Positions 29,534 through 40,585 of a stretch of 64,000 bases of DNA are shown here, piece after piece. The stretch is taken from positions 96,001 to 160,000 of the forward strand of contig BK006945.2 in the NCBI GenBank assembly GCA_000146045.2, in the 5' to 3' direction. Both the position numbers and the translations under genes were made by a program. Origin of the DNA: TPA_inf: Saccharomyces (lineage: Eukaryota). The notes beneath the pieces are model-generated. The model worked only from the letters and a program-made list of their open reading frames with translations. It had not been told where the DNA came from and made no database searches. Each line of letters opens with the position of its first letter. Position 1 is the stretch's first letter.

Positions 29534-31255
29534 ATGGGTGTTTCTGCGGTGTTGAAAAGAGCTAGGAATTTACTAGCAACGTTCATAGTCTGCTGTTTTA
29601 TGGCAGTAGTGCTTGTTCTGGCGCTGGCACACCATTTTATAAATGAGCACAGAGACACTAGGAGTTCATCGACCCAAATCGAAGTTGATGACGAAAGTAA
29701 AAGAAACGTACACCATGACCATGTTCTCACTAGAACCAATGCATACGCGACGCCATACCTCGATCTGGAACATGACAAGAAAAACGGTATCGTCTACGAT
29801 CATACAAGAACGGTTGTCCGTAAAAAGAACCACGAAGTGGGGTCCTCGTCACTGCATAAAAACCTTTTTCACAAATTTTTGACAAAGCTTATTTTTAGGT
29901 TTATCGAGAAGGAAAAAGTTACCGAAGGCGTAACGCAAGGAAAGTTCAATAATAGTAGCAATGAAATTGCCAATCATGAACCGGTTTTTGAAAAAATTCC
30001 TGTACAGTGCGACAATCCATTACAGAATCTAATCTTATCGGAAGACTTGACATTAGTTGCGGATCTTAATTATTATTTTAACCAGTACAATATTCAAATA
30101 GAGGAATTTAGATTGGAGACCGAAGATGGGTTTGTTATAGATTTGTGGCACTTGATACCAAAATATAGAACGACAGATTCTGACAAGAAGAAGAGGCCAC
30201 CCATTTTGATGCTACATGGCCTTTTGCAAAGCAGTGGTTCGTTCGCATCCAATGGTAGAAAATCTCTGGCATATTTTCTGTATCAATCCGGTTACGACAT
30301 ATGGTTAGGGAATAACAGATGCGGGTTTAGGCCGGAATGGAACGAAGCGAAAGTACCGACACTAGCTTCCAGGTGGGACTGGGACCTTCGCGAGATGGTT
30401 AAGTACGATCTGACCCTTTTGATTGATACCGTGTTAGCTAAGACGCAGTTTGAAAAGCTTACTTTGATCTCGCATTCTCAGGGCACTACACAGGGGTTTA
30501 TGGGCTTGGTCAACGAAGATAAGTTTTTCCCTCCCGGTTCGGGATCTAAAGAATCTTTTTTCACTTCTAAGATCGCAAACTATATTGCCTTGGCCCCCGC
30601 AGTGTATCCTGGTCCCTTACTTAACGAGAAATTGTTTGTTAAGCTTATGACAAAGGAAATCGAAAATCCCTGGTTCTTTGGTGAAACGAGCTTTTTTGAG
30701 ATAATGATGATTGTAAGAAACTTGTGCGTTGGTGAGAGCTTGTTCTCCTTTGTTTGTTACACCATCTTCAATTACCTGTTTGATTGGAACGATACCCTTT
30801 GGGATACCGCATTAAGAGATCGCCATTTCCTGTTTTCGCCAGTCCATGTTTCAGTGAAGTTGATGCAATGGTGGCTGTCACCCGACCCCAACAAGGTAAG
30901 TTTTAAATTTGGTTCCCATAAGATGTTCCCCGACAATGTTAAGTGGTTTTCAGACGCATCAAAGGCCCCAAATATCTACTTGTTTGTTCCAAAGCAAGAT
31001 AGATTGGTGGACGGAGAAAGACTAATCAATCATTTCGTCAATGTGGAGTCGAATGTCAACTACAAGATCTGGTACATTGATGAGTATGCCCATATTGATG
31101 TCCTATGGGCACATGATGTCATAGAGAGAATTGGTAAACCAATTTTACAGAATTTGAACAACTATTACTCCAAGAAGCCATCCAGCGCCTTTGAAAGTGA
31201 TTGTTCGGACACAGAGGTGGAAACGGAGCTGGAAATGGTTGCTGAGAAGGCTTGA
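29534..31255 (+). CDS. YEH1: Steryl ester hydrolase, acid-lipase family (573 aa)
   Basis: Lipase GxSxG nucleophile elbow ISHSQGTTQG, N-terminal TM anchor; 573 aa = YLL012W. Confidence 0.88.
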   Translation: MGVSAVLKRARNLLATFIVCCFMAVVLVLALAHHFINEHRDTRSSSTQIEVDDESKRNVHHDHVLTRTNAYATPYLDLEHDKKNGIVYDHTRTVVRKKNHEVGSSSLHKNLFHKFLTKLIFRFIEKEKVTEGVTQGKFNNSSNEIANHEPVFEKIPVQCDNPLQNLILSEDLTLVADLNYYFNQYNIQIEEFRLETEDGFVIDLWHLIPKYRTTDSDKKKRPPILMLHGLLQSSGSFASNGRKSLAYFLYQSGYDIWLGNNRCGFRPEWNEAKVPTLASRWDWDLREMVKYDLTLLIDTVLAKTQFEKLTLISHSQGTTQGFMGLVNEDKFFPPGSGSKESFFTSKIANYIALAPAVYPGPLLNEKLFVKLMTKEIENPWFFGETSFFEIMMIVRNLCVGESLFSFVCYTIFNYLFDWNDTLWDTALRDRHFLFSPVHVSVKLMQWWLSPDPNKVSFKFGSHKMFPDNVKWFSDASKAPNIYLFVPKQDRLVDGERLINHFVNVESNVNYKIWYIDEYAHIDVLWAHDVIERIGKPILQNLNNYYSKKPSSAFESDCSDTEVETELEMVAEKA

Positions 31256-31413
31256 AGAGGAAGCATGATATATAGGTTAATATAAATTATACTTGGGAAT
31301 ACATAGATAGAGGGCTAGTAAATTTTTAGTTTTTAATTGTTCTTTTTTTTTGAAGTATTGTGTCACAAATTGTCGGGAGTTGGGACATCACCGTGCATAA
31401 CGATACATTTTTT

Positions 31414-31446
31414 TGAAAAATTTGATATTGAAAAAAAATCGATGAG
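31414..31446. promoter_or_regulatory. RRPE (TGAAAAATTTG) plus PAC-like (aTCGATGAG) ribosome-biogenesis motifs ~80-110 bp upstream of SOF1
   Basis: tgaaaaatttgatattgaaaaaaaatcgatgag seen; SOF1 is an SSU processome component. Confidence 0.55.
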
Positions 31447-31522
31447 TTTGAATTACATTACAGTTGTATAAAGCAACCGCATTTCATTAACGTAGTTTGA
31501 CTCGCGAAGATAAGGCGTTAAA

Positions 31523-32992
31523 ATGAAGATTAAGACCATTAAAAGAAGTGCTGATGACTATGTCCCTGTTAAAAGTACGCAGGAATCTCAAATGCCCAGG
31601 AATTTGAACCCTGAATTGCATCCTTTTGAAAGGGCACGTGAATATACTAAAGCTTTGAATGCCACCAAATTGGAAAGAATGTTTGCTAAACCCTTTGTGG
31701 GTCAGTTAGGATACGGTCATAGAGATGGTGTTTATGCTATTGCCAAAAATTATGGTAGTCTGAATAAATTGGCTACTGGTTCTGCAGATGGTGTGATTAA
31801 ATACTGGAACATGTCTACTAGAGAAGAATTTGTTTCCTTTAAGGCGCATTATGGACTCGTTACTGGTCTTTGTGTGACACAGCCTCGTTTTCATGACAAG
31901 AAGCCAGATTTGAAGAGCCAAAATTTTATGTTATCTTGCAGTGATGACAAAACTGTCAAGCTATGGTCAATAAATGTTGATGATTACTCCAATAAAAACT
32001 CCAGTGATAACGACTCCGTTACTAACGAGGAAGGTTTGATTCGTACTTTTGACGGTGAATCTGCATTTCAAGGTATCGATTCGCACAGAGAAAACTCCAC
32101 GTTTGCCACAGGTGGGGCCAAGATCCATCTTTGGGACGTTAACAGATTGAAGCCAGTTTCCGATCTATCATGGGGAGCAGACAACATTACTAGTTTAAAA
32201 TTCAATCAAAATGAAACAGATATCTTGGCCAGTACTGGTAGTGATAATTCTATTGTTCTTTACGACTTGAGAACCAACTCCCCCACACAAAAGATTGTTC
32301 AAACAATGAGGACGAATGCTATTTGCTGGAATCCAATGGAGGCCTTCAACTTTGTAACTGCCAATGAAGATCATAACGCCTACTATTATGATATGAGGAA
32401 TTTATCACGTTCATTGAATGTATTCAAAGATCACGTCAGCGCAGTAATGGATGTTGACTTTTCTCCTACGGGGGATGAGATTGTTACTGGTTCGTACGAT
32501 AAGAGTATCAGAATATATAAGACGAATCACGGACATTCGAGAGAAATTTATCATACGAAGAGAATGCAGCATGTTTTCCAGGTTAAATATTCCATGGATT
32601 CTAAATATATTATCAGTGGATCTGATGATGGGAATGTTAGGCTATGGAGAAGTAAAGCTTGGGAGAGGTCTAATGTCAAAACTACTCGTGAAAAGAATAA
32701 ATTAGAATATGACGAAAAATTAAAAGAAAGATTTAGACATATGCCGGAGATCAAAAGAATCAGTAGACATAGACACGTGCCACAAGTCATCAAAAAGGCT
32801 CAGGAAATTAAGAACATTGAGTTGAGTTCTATTAAGAGAAGAGAAGCTAATGAAAGGCGTACTAGAAAGGATATGCCATACATTTCCGAAAGGAAGAAAC
32901 AAATCGTTGGTACCGTGCACAAATATGAAGATTCAGGAAGAGATAGGAAAAGAAGAAAGGAAGATGACAAACGTGATACTCAAGAAAAGTAG
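31523..32992 (+). CDS. SOF1: U3 snoRNP / SSU processome WD40 protein (489 aa)
   Basis: Multiple WD repeats (…GSADGVIKYWN…, …SDDKTVKLWS…, …GSYDKSIRIYK…, …GSDDGNVRLWR…), basic C-terminal tail; 489 aa = YLL011W. Confidence 0.93.
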   Translation: MKIKTIKRSADDYVPVKSTQESQMPRNLNPELHPFERAREYTKALNATKLERMFAKPFVGQLGYGHRDGVYAIAKNYGSLNKLATGSADGVIKYWNMSTREEFVSFKAHYGLVTGLCVTQPRFHDKKPDLKSQNFMLSCSDDKTVKLWSINVDDYSNKNSSDNDSVTNEEGLIRTFDGESAFQGIDSHRENSTFATGGAKIHLWDVNRLKPVSDLSWGADNITSLKFNQNETDILASTGSDNSIVLYDLRTNSPTQKIVQTMRTNAICWNPMEAFNFVTANEDHNAYYYDMRNLSRSLNVFKDHVSAVMDVDFSPTGDEIVTGSYDKSIRIYKTNHGHSREIYHTKRMQHVFQVKYSMDSKYIISGSDDGNVRLWRSKAWERSNVKTTREKNKLEYDEKLKERFRHMPEIKRISRHRHVPQVIKKAQEIKNIELSSIKRREANERRTRKDMPYISERKKQIVGTVHKYEDSGRDRKRRKEDDKRDTQEK

Positions 32993-33329
32993 TTATTCTG
33001 TTTTATGTTGTCTGTATATACACATATGTACAATATTTGCATTTTTTTAATTTTTAATTCACATGTATTTGATAAATGTTCACGCCAGTCCCGTTAAATT
33101 AAAATTACCATTTTATTAGATTATGAATTTATATATGAATACATTGTGTCGTAATGGTAGAAGAAGTTGAAAAAAAAAATGTCAAGGGACAGCATGGGTA
33201 CAGTGTGTTGAGCCAAAAAAAAAAAGAAAAAAAAAGAAAAAACTTTTTGTTCTCTGGTTCTTTTCTTCATCTTCTTCATCTTCATTCTTTGGTAGCGGGG
33301 GCCACAAGAAATTCGGGCGAAAGTGCTCA

Positions 33330-34613
33330 TTATATTGTTACATCCAAAATTTTGCCCACATCCAGTGAGGTTTTCACAGAAAGGTCTTCTAAAAGAGGAA
33401 TAATATCTAATAATTCGTTATCATGAGTATCTGAGAACCAGGACGAAATCGGTATTGCATGTTGGGGATGAAAAATATAAGATGCCGGAGAGTTATCGAG
33501 AATGATGATATCTGATAACGGCCTTCCAATCTGGGATAAGTTTTTTATATAGTTTCCTTCATAGTTATAGCAAGCCTCTCTGAATAATCTGTGATGAATG
33601 ACTTTATCTGTGTCTAATATATCAAGCAAAGGATCACCGTATCGAGAGACACTAGCCGTGAAGACTACAACCTCGAATAATTTTCCGACTCTTTCCAAAA
33701 ATTCTTCCACACCAGGTCTTTTAATGACATAGACATTGTGTACTTGGTCATCTATTTCCACAGACAAAACAAAATCCGCAGATCGTAAGTATTTGAAAGA
33801 AGAGTGTACCAAGGTTTCATCCAGGTCCAGTATTAGGCATTTCTTGCCCTTTGTACTTTCATCTTGTGGGGGGAGCAGAGTGTTGTAACCTGGTGCATGA
33901 TACTGGCCCTGCTGCAAAAGCGTTAGATCAATATATTCTTCATCTTCATCGTCTTCGTCGTCGGCATCGTTGGAAGTTTCACTGGCTTGAGAGCTGCTAC
34001 TTACCCTACTCAAATTCATATCTTGGATAAGATGGTCAGACGATACTTGTACAGTAGGCCCTCGCTGCTGCGACTGCGACTGCGACTGTGACTGTGACTG
34101 TGACTGGGGTTGTGGTTGTGGTTGTGACTGTTGTTGTTGTTGCTGCTGTTGTTTTTTCTGCCTGGAAGTATCTTTCACAGCATCTCCTTTTTCCTGTACA
34201 ATGCCACGACTGCGACGGTTATCTTCATCGTCGATCTCTTCATCTTCGTCAACCTCGTATTTTTCCTCGTAAAGATCATCTTTACTAATTCGCTTCTCTA
34301 CTTTTGTCATATTATTAGTAGTAGTGGCGGTGACGGCTGCAGTCGGCGACGATGGCTTCTTTTTTTCATTATCGTTCGTGCTTATCCCAGATTTACCGGT
34401 GGATCGTTCAGTGGAACTGAAAGTAGCGGCTGAATTTGTCTTAGAAGGAGGAGAGTTTGTCTGATGTACGCCACGGGTTCGGCTTTTCGTGTTGGAATGT
34501 TTAACGCTTCTGTTTTTATTGAGAGAACTGCTCTGTTGTTGGCGATAAGCAGAATTGGAATTGGATTGTGTCGTCTCGGAAGAGCAGCACAGTATTGACG
34601 ATATGAAACCCAT
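33330..34613 (-). CDS. PSR1: Plasma-membrane FCP1/SCP-like HAD phosphatase (427 aa), N-terminal Cys cluster for palmitoylation
   Basis: HAD motif [12 protein letters not shown]; N-term [13 protein letters not shown]; internal (Q)n and (SQ/PQ)n repeats; 427 aa = YLL010C. Confidence 0.9.
   Translation of the reverse strand: MGFISSILCCSSETTQSNSNSAYRQQQSSSLNKNRSVKHSNTKSRTRGVHQTNSPPSKTNSAATFSSTERSTGKSGISTNDNEKKKPSSPTAAVTATTTNNMTKVEKRISKDDLYEEKYEVDEDEEIDDEDNRRSRGIVQEKGDAVKDTSRQKKQQQQQQQQSQPQPQPQSQSQSQSQSQSQQRGPTVQVSSDHLIQDMNLSRVSSSSQASETSNDADDEDDEDEEYIDLTLLQQGQYHAPGYNTLLPPQDESTKGKKCLILDLDETLVHSSFKYLRSADFVLSVEIDDQVHNVYVIKRPGVEEFLERVGKLFEVVVFTASVSRYGDPLLDILDTDKVIHHRLFREACYNYEGNYIKNLSQIGRPLSDIIILDNSPASYIFHPQHAIPISSWFSDTHDNELLDIIPLLEDLSVKTSLDVGKILDVTI
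34062..34152 (-). repeat. Hexanucleotide/trinucleotide repeat (CAGTCG/CAGTCA/CAACCA then CAA/CAG) encoding [28 protein letters not shown] in PSR1
   Basis: cgactgcgactgcgactgtgactgtgactgtgactggggttgtggttgtggttgtgactgttgttgttgttgctgctgttg seen directly. Confidence 0.9.
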
Positions 34614-34992
34614 ACTGTTTTGCTACTTATTGTTGTTAAAGCTTACGAACACGAATGTAGGCAAATAAAAAGCTTGGATAAACGCACAATGAAAGGGGAA
34701 GTGCGATTGATTATGCTATAAGGAATGACACGAAGAGAGCAGACTATAGGCTAGGCAGGCGATAAAGGAAGGAGTTGTACTTGACGACAACGTAATAAAG
34801 AGTTCAATGAAAGAGTATTGTGAGCAGTATGGTTCAACGAGCACTTCTTCTCGACACCTATTTCTATACTTTTTCACTTAATATACACTAACTAATCCCA
34901 GACTTTTTTTTTTTTCCGTTCTTTCCAGAAAAAAAAGAAACAAAGCAAGCGTGCCCTGACTTAGGGTTTCCTAAAAAAGTTATTAGGTTTGT

Positions 34993-35023
34993 GTCACGTG
35001 ATACGTCCTTTTCTGGTCACGTG
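34993..35023. promoter_or_regulatory. Two Cbf1/Pho4-type E-boxes (GTCACGTG) 15 bp apart in PSR1 upstream / COX17 downstream intergenic
   Basis: gtgtCACGTGatacgtccttttctggtCACGTGgtc; both match RTCACRTG. Confidence 0.5.
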
Positions 35024-35204
35024 GTCTTAGAACACTCTTAAGGGGCCAAGCACAAGAGGACAGTGCTAGCAGTAGAAGTGGTGTAGTAGTGATGAGGTAA
35101 TGTTAATTGTGCATCGCACATATTTACAGGTAGTATATACTATAGTTTGTGAATACCTATTCTTATATATACAAGAAATGGTTGTCGGCAGACTGTCAGT
35201 AAGA

Positions 35205-35414
35205 CTAATTTGCACTTGGAACTTCGAAGCCATAACCCTTCATGCACTCTTTGTACTTTTCAATGAATTCCTTGCATTTTTCAGAGTCTTGTCCATTGAA
35301 TAAGATGCATGTATCCCGCTCCTCCTTTTCTGGCTTACAAACGCAACATGGCTTAGGTTTGTCCTCGCACTCCGCGTGGTTTTCTTGTTCTTGTTTCTTG
35401 TCAGTTTCAGTCAT
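35205..35414 (-). CDS. COX17: Copper metallochaperone for cytochrome c oxidase (69 aa)
   Basis: MTETDKKQEQENHAECEDKPKPCCVCKPEKEERDTCILFNG...CKEFIEKYKEC; CCxC copper site + twin Cx9C; 69 aa = YLL009C. Confidence 0.92.
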   Translation of the reverse strand: MTETDKKQEQENHAECEDKPKPCCVCKPEKEERDTCILFNGQDSEKCKEFIEKYKECMKGYGFEVPSAN

Positions 35415-35572
35415 TGGGTATAATTGATTGTGTAGTTATCTGATTGTGTACACTAAAATTTTGTTTAGTTGTACTAGAGACAAGTAGTTAGGTGGTTACT
35501 AGATTCTGATTCGCCGCTATATATCGTCATTTTATCTTTTTTTGAAGGAGATAGGTAGGGTTATAACATTAT

Positions 35573-35620
35573 CCGGGTAATGATTTGAAAAAAAATTTTC
35601 AAAAAATGCGATGAGATGAG
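35573..35620. promoter_or_regulatory. Reb1 site (CCGGGTAA, 35573-35580) followed by RRPE (GAAAAAAAATTTTC, 35587-35600) and full PAC (GCGATGAGATGAG, 35608-35620) upstream of DRS1
   Basis: all three motifs are exact/near-exact consensus matches read directly; DRS1 is a ribosome-biogenesis helicase. Confidence 0.8.
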
Positions 35621-35728
35621 GTTGAAAATTGTAAGTTAGAATATGCTTAGATAGTATGAGTATTTACGTTGGTAACTTGGGTTTCGAATTGGAGCTGTGT
35701 GCCTACAACAGCGTCTTATATATATACT

Positions 35729-37987
35729 ATGGTGGTAGGAACTAAAAAATACTCTAATTTGGACTTTGTCCCTACAATCAGTGACAGTGAAGACGATGTT
35801 CCAATTCTAGATTCTTCTGATGACGAAAAAGTCGAGGCTAAGAAGACTACGAAGAAGCGGAAGGGTAAGAATAACAAGAAAAAGGTTAGTGAGGGGGATA
35901 ACCTCGATGAGGATGTTCATGAGGACTTGGACGCGGGGTTTAAGTTTGATTTGGACGCCGATGATACCACTTCGAACTTCCAAGGCTGGAACTTTCTAGC
36001 AGAGGGCGAGTCCAATAAGGACGATGCCGAAGCTTTTGTGAAGAAGGACGTTGACTTGGATAAGATTATTAGAAGAAAAGGTGGGCTGGTGAAAATGGCC
36101 CATATTGATAGTAAACAAGAAGAAGAAACCGAGAAAGAAAAAGTAGAAAAAGAAAACGATAGCGACGATGAGGAATTAGCAATGGACGGGTTCGGTATGG
36201 GAGCTCCCATGAACAATGGAGACGAAAATCAGTCAGAAGAAGAAGAAGAAGAGGAGGAAAAGGAAGAGGAAGAGGAGGAAGAGGAGGAACAAGAAGAGAT
36301 GACGTTAGAAAAAGGCGGCAAAGATGACGAAATAGATGAAGAAGACGATTCTGAAGAGGCAAAAGCCGATTTCTATGCGCCTGAAACTGAGGGAGATGAA
36401 GCTAAAAAGCAAATGTACGAAAATTTCAACAGTTTGTCTTTATCTCGTCCGGTTCTTAAGGGCCTTGCAAGTTTGGGTTACGTCAAGCCTTCCCCTATTC
36501 AAAGCGCCACAATCCCCATTGCCTTATTGGGTAAAGACATCATTGCCGGTGCTGTGACTGGTTCCGGTAAGACTGCTGCGTTTATGATTCCCATAATCGA
36601 GCGTTTGTTGTATAAACCAGCCAAAATCGCTTCCACCAGAGTTATTGTTCTATTGCCCACTCGTGAGTTAGCTATCCAAGTCGCTGACGTTGGTAAACAA
36701 ATTGCACGTTTCGTCTCCGGTATAACCTTTGGTCTGGCCGTTGGTGGTTTGAACTTGAGACAACAAGAACAAATGTTGAAATCTCGTCCGGACATCGTCA
36801 TTGCTACCCCAGGTAGATTCATTGATCATATCAGGAACTCAGCAAGTTTTAATGTGGACTCAGTAGAGATTCTGGTTATGGATGAAGCCGATAGAATGTT
36901 AGAAGAAGGTTTTCAAGATGAACTGAACGAAATTATGGGCCTATTACCAAGCAATAGACAGAACCTATTGTTTTCTGCTACAATGAACTCCAAAATTAAA
37001 AGTTTAGTTAGTCTTTCTCTAAAAAAACCAGTAAGGATTATGATTGATCCTCCAAAGAAAGCTGCTACTAAGTTGACACAAGAATTCGTTCGTATTCGTA
37101 AAAGAGACCATTTGAAGCCTGCCTTGTTATTTAATTTGATTAGGAAATTGGATCCAACGGGTCAAAAGAGGATTGTCGTTTTTGTGGCTAGAAAAGAAAC
37201 TGCTCATAGGTTAAGGATTATCATGGGTCTTTTAGGTATGAGTGTGGGTGAATTACACGGTTCTTTAACCCAAGAACAGCGTTTAGATTCCGTTAATAAA
37301 TTCAAAAATTTGGAAGTTCCTGTACTTATCTGTACGGATTTGGCCTCCAGAGGTCTTGATATCCCCAAGATTGAGGTTGTTATCAACTACGATATGCCCA
37401 AGAGTTATGAGATCTACCTGCATAGAGTTGGTCGTACCGCCAGAGCTGGTAGGGAAGGTCGTTCCGTCACCTTCGTCGGTGAATCATCTCAAGATAGAAG
37501 TATTGTACGTGCTGCTATAAAGAGTGTAGAAGAAAATAAGTCCCTAACTCAAGGTAAAGCACTTGGTAGAAACGTAGACTGGGTTCAAATCGAAGAAACA
37601 AACAAACTTGTTGAATCCATGAACGATACGATTGAAGATATTCTGGTGGAAGAAAAGGAGGAGAAGGAAATATTAAGGGCTGAAATGCAATTAAGAAAGG
37701 GTGAAAATATGTTGAAGCATAAAAAGGAAATCCAGGCAAGACCAAGAAGGACATGGTTCCAAAGCGAATCAGATAAGAAAAATTCCAAAGTATTAGGTGC
37801 TTTATCAAGGAACAAGAAAGTCACTAACAGCAAAAAGAGAAAGCGTGAAGAAGCTAAGGCAGATGGCAATGGTGCACGTTCTTATAGAAAAACCAAAACC
37901 GACCGTATTGCAGATCAAGAAAGAACTTTTAAAAAGCAGAAGAGTACAAATTCAAATAAGAAGAAGGGCTTCAAAAGCCGTAGGTAA
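35729..37987 (+). CDS. DRS1: Nucleolar DEAD-box RNA helicase for 60S biogenesis (752 aa from MVVGTKKY; ORF open 20 codons further upstream to 35669)
   Basis: Helicase motifs AVTGSGKT (Walker A), [15 protein letters not shown] (DEAD), [14 protein letters not shown]; acidic N-terminal poly-E, basic C-term. Confidence 0.9.
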   Translation: MVVGTKKYSNLDFVPTISDSEDDVPILDSSDDEKVEAKKTTKKRKGKNNKKKVSEGDNLDEDVHEDLDAGFKFDLDADDTTSNFQGWNFLAEGESNKDDAEAFVKKDVDLDKIIRRKGGLVKMAHIDSKQEEETEKEKVEKENDSDDEELAMDGFGMGAPMNNGDENQSEEEEEEEEKEEEEEEEEEQEEMTLEKGGKDDEIDEEDDSEEAKADFYAPETEGDEAKKQMYENFNSLSLSRPVLKGLASLGYVKPSPIQSATIPIALLGKDIIAGAVTGSGKTAAFMIPIIERLLYKPAKIASTRVIVLLPTRELAIQVADVGKQIARFVSGITFGLAVGGLNLRQQEQMLKSRPDIVIATPGRFIDHIRNSASFNVDSVEILVMDEADRMLEEGFQDELNEIMGLLPSNRQNLLFSATMNSKIKSLVSLSLKKPVRIMIDPPKKAATKLTQEFVRIRKRDHLKPALLFNLIRKLDPTGQKRIVVFVARKETAHRLRIIMGLLGMSVGELHGSLTQEQRLDSVNKFKNLEVPVLICTDLASRGLDIPKIEVVINYDMPKSYEIYLHRVGRTARAGREGRSVTFVGESSQDRSIVRAAIKSVEENKSLTQGKALGRNVDWVQIEETNKLVESMNDTIEDILVEEKEEKEILRAEMQLRKGENMLKHKKEIQARPRRTWFQSESDKKNSKVLGALSRNKKVTNSKKRKREEAKADGNGARSYRKTKTDRIADQERTFKKQKSTNSNKKKGFKSRR
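36235..36297 (+). repeat. GAA/GAG purine-rich triplet repeat encoding [21 protein letters not shown] in DRS1
   Basis: agaagaagaagaggaggaaaaggaagaggaagaggaggaagaggaggaacaagaagag seen directly. Confidence 0.9.
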
Positions 37988-38301
37988 TAATTTTCATCGT
38001 CATTATCATAAAATATCAACATACTTATCACTGTCATTATATTATTAATACTTTGTATTTAAATATCATTAATTCATCTAATAAACAGGGGATTAGTCAA
38101 AAATTCCTTTTTTTTTGTTGAATCTGTAGAAGTGAGTATTAATAAACTGCAAGCTATATGCTATATTAAAAGGATTTTTCAAGTACAAACGAACTGAATG
38201 GAGACTCAAGCTACTTGCGGGAAAGAATTACAAAATTACATTCCATTCTAGTAAAAAAAAGTTATAAATAAAAAAAAATCGTCTGACGACAAATTTGTAT
38301 C

Positions 38302-40299
38302 TTAATCAAAATAAAAATTTTGGGTTACTTTCTTTAACGTTTCCAAGTTATAAAATTCTTCATCTTCGTCCTCGTCGCTTGGTTCAGGTGGAGGCACTAT
38401 GATGTCCTGACGAACGTTCAAATTTATCATCTGAACATTTTTCCTCAAATCAAATAAAGTGTCTATTTGTTCTTTCGTGTCTTCTGATATATCTTCATGC
38501 TGGAATGGAGATATCAATTTCAATCCGTCTAGCCATATATATCTTCCCTCTTCTGTGTCTAAATAAAATTTCAAAACTGTCCTGTCGTTACGATCTTTTA
38601 ATTCAACTCCAGTGTACACATTGGCTTCATCTAATTTGATGTAAACATTACTGCTCGTCCGACGACTCGGTGTAGTAAGTTCTATGCTTTTGAAAGAGGT
38701 TATATGTTTCAAAACAACAACTTTTGTTCTGCCATTAGCTAATGCCTCAGAACCTGGACTTGTTAAAATTTTATTGTCGAATAGATAAGGTAAATCGTTT
38801 GTTTGTGTTTCGAATTCTCTGGCTAATAAATTTGCGTGGTTATCTGAAACTATGAGGAAGTAGACTTTAGGCGTGCCAGCTTCAGGATTCAGTGGGTTCT
38901 CTGCGTAAACCCACGTTCCCTTTTGCAATTGAAGAAGTCTTTGATGACGAACGTAATCACGAACCTGGCCTGATAGCATGGTATCGAAGCTAGCGATACT
39001 AGATGACCAGGTTCGATACTGTTCTTTTTTGATTGAGTCTAATTGTAATGTTCTTGCAAATTTATATCTCATAGAGTCAAGTGCAACAACTTGGGTCTTG
39101 AGAAGGGATTTCGTCTGTATTGCTGCTTCCAAATCACTGGATGACAAACAAACATATTTTAAAGTGATAATAGCTAAATTTAACAGTGAAACCAAATCAC
39201 TTTGCGATTTTGCTAATGATTCTATCCAAAATCTCAAAAACAACTCGAGTGTTTTGTAAAAACATGTTTGTCGATTGAGAACAGCGGTAGCAATTTGTAA
39301 TTTTAAATCACGCTCTGAGTCTGAGTATTGGTTCTCTTTTTTCCCACTTAGATTGAAAAGTCTTCTAAATTGGTCTGAAAGTTTAAATATTGCTTCATAA
39401 AGAGGGAAATCGTTCTCGCCAAACAACAATTGTTCAGTGTAAAGTCTCTTGAAAGACCCATTAGGACTGTTTAAGAATGTGAATGTATCATACGCATTTA
39501 ATAAATTTATACTGGGAAGATCGCCCATTTCCATTTCTAACCCTTTTTGGAATACGGAGTTATCTTTGATGGCTGTAAGAAGATCAGCTTTAAGCGAACA
39601 GGAATAATCATCAATACTAACCGAAGATAGAAAATTTATTAGCCTCTGCTTTAACGGTACAAATTCTTCAAGGATTAGTGGTTGCAAGTCTTCTATGTAA
39701 AGTAATTCAGACATGGAAGCTGGAAAGTTATACTGAAATAGCAAAATGAGGATTCTGGGTACAAATTCTACGGCGTGTGATAGTGATGTCTCACATAATG
39801 TAAGTGAGCATTTTAAAAATAGGGTTATGCATAGTATAGTGTCCGTAAACAACGGTATATGAATAGGTCTTTGGGACAAAAGTTGTAAAAGTATTCCAAT
39901 GAGCTGAGAGTTCTCTCTGGAGATGTGGCAGATGCTCACAATAACTTCATTCTTATTAGAATCTTGGCATTTAAGGGCTACATTAAAAATCCTAATGAGA
40001 TTTGCTACCAACGTTTCTGACCTTAGCTTTTGGCAATTATCACACAATATAGCCCAAAATCGGGAATCTGGAATTACGGTTTTACATAGGTATTTTTCAT
40101 CACAAAGGAGGATATAGTTTGCCAATAACTTTTCGTATTCATCACTTGTCTTGTTCAAATTTTTATTACTGATCAGCGTATGATAGCAAGCTTTTGATTG
40201 TGCACTCGTAAGTGACTTGACTGGCTTTCCTAATTTAGGATTCAGTAGCACTTTTATGTTTTCCAAGCTTTCATCTGGCATCTGCCTGTTATGCTTCAT
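38302..40299 (-). CDS. LMO1: ELMO-homology protein (665 aa)
   Basis: 665-aa ORF at the position/orientation of YLL007C; assignment by gene order and length, domain not verified by motif. Confidence 0.75.
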   Translation of the reverse strand: MKHNRQMPDESLENIKVLLNPKLGKPVKSLTSAQSKACYHTLISNKNLNKTSDEYEKLLANYILLCDEKYLCKTVIPDSRFWAILCDNCQKLRSETLVANLIRIFNVALKCQDSNKNEVIVSICHISRENSQLIGILLQLLSQRPIHIPLFTDTILCITLFLKCSLTLCETSLSHAVEFVPRILILLFQYNFPASMSELLYIEDLQPLILEEFVPLKQRLINFLSSVSIDDYSCSLKADLLTAIKDNSVFQKGLEMEMGDLPSINLLNAYDTFTFLNSPNGSFKRLYTEQLLFGENDFPLYEAIFKLSDQFRRLFNLSGKKENQYSDSERDLKLQIATAVLNRQTCFYKTLELFLRFWIESLAKSQSDLVSLLNLAIITLKYVCLSSSDLEAAIQTKSLLKTQVVALDSMRYKFARTLQLDSIKKEQYRTWSSSIASFDTMLSGQVRDYVRHQRLLQLQKGTWVYAENPLNPEAGTPKVYFLIVSDNHANLLAREFETQTNDLPYLFDNKILTSPGSEALANGRTKVVVLKHITSFKSIELTTPSRRTSSNVYIKLDEANVYTGVELKDRNDRTVLKFYLDTEEGRYIWLDGLKLISPFQHEDISEDTKEQIDTLFDLRKNVQMINLNVRQDIIVPPPEPSDEDEDEEFYNLETLKKVTQNFYFD

Positions 40300-40585
40300 T
40301 GCTTATGCCGTTATTTGAGGTTACTTTAATCTATTTTCCTACTGATGACACAATTGAGTCAATCCAACGTGGAACGGGTTGCCCTTGTATACATTTCAGT
40401 TTACTTCTTTTCATGTATTTCCTTAATAGTTTATTTTTTCACTTTCTGCCTATCCGTTTCAATTCCGAAGAACCGTCAACATCCAATAAAGATCATCTAC
40501 AACAATAAGTGCCCCTCATAATTTTCTCAATGAGATGAAAGAACTTTGAGAGAGTCAATATAATACCTGTAGCCTTTTTCTGAAA

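Noticed and set aside
36069-36362. 97-99 aa minus-strand ORFs inside DRS1
   Set aside because: They are antisense to the DRS1 GAA/GAG acidic repeat, which reads as Leu/Pro/Phe low complexity. They are spurious.
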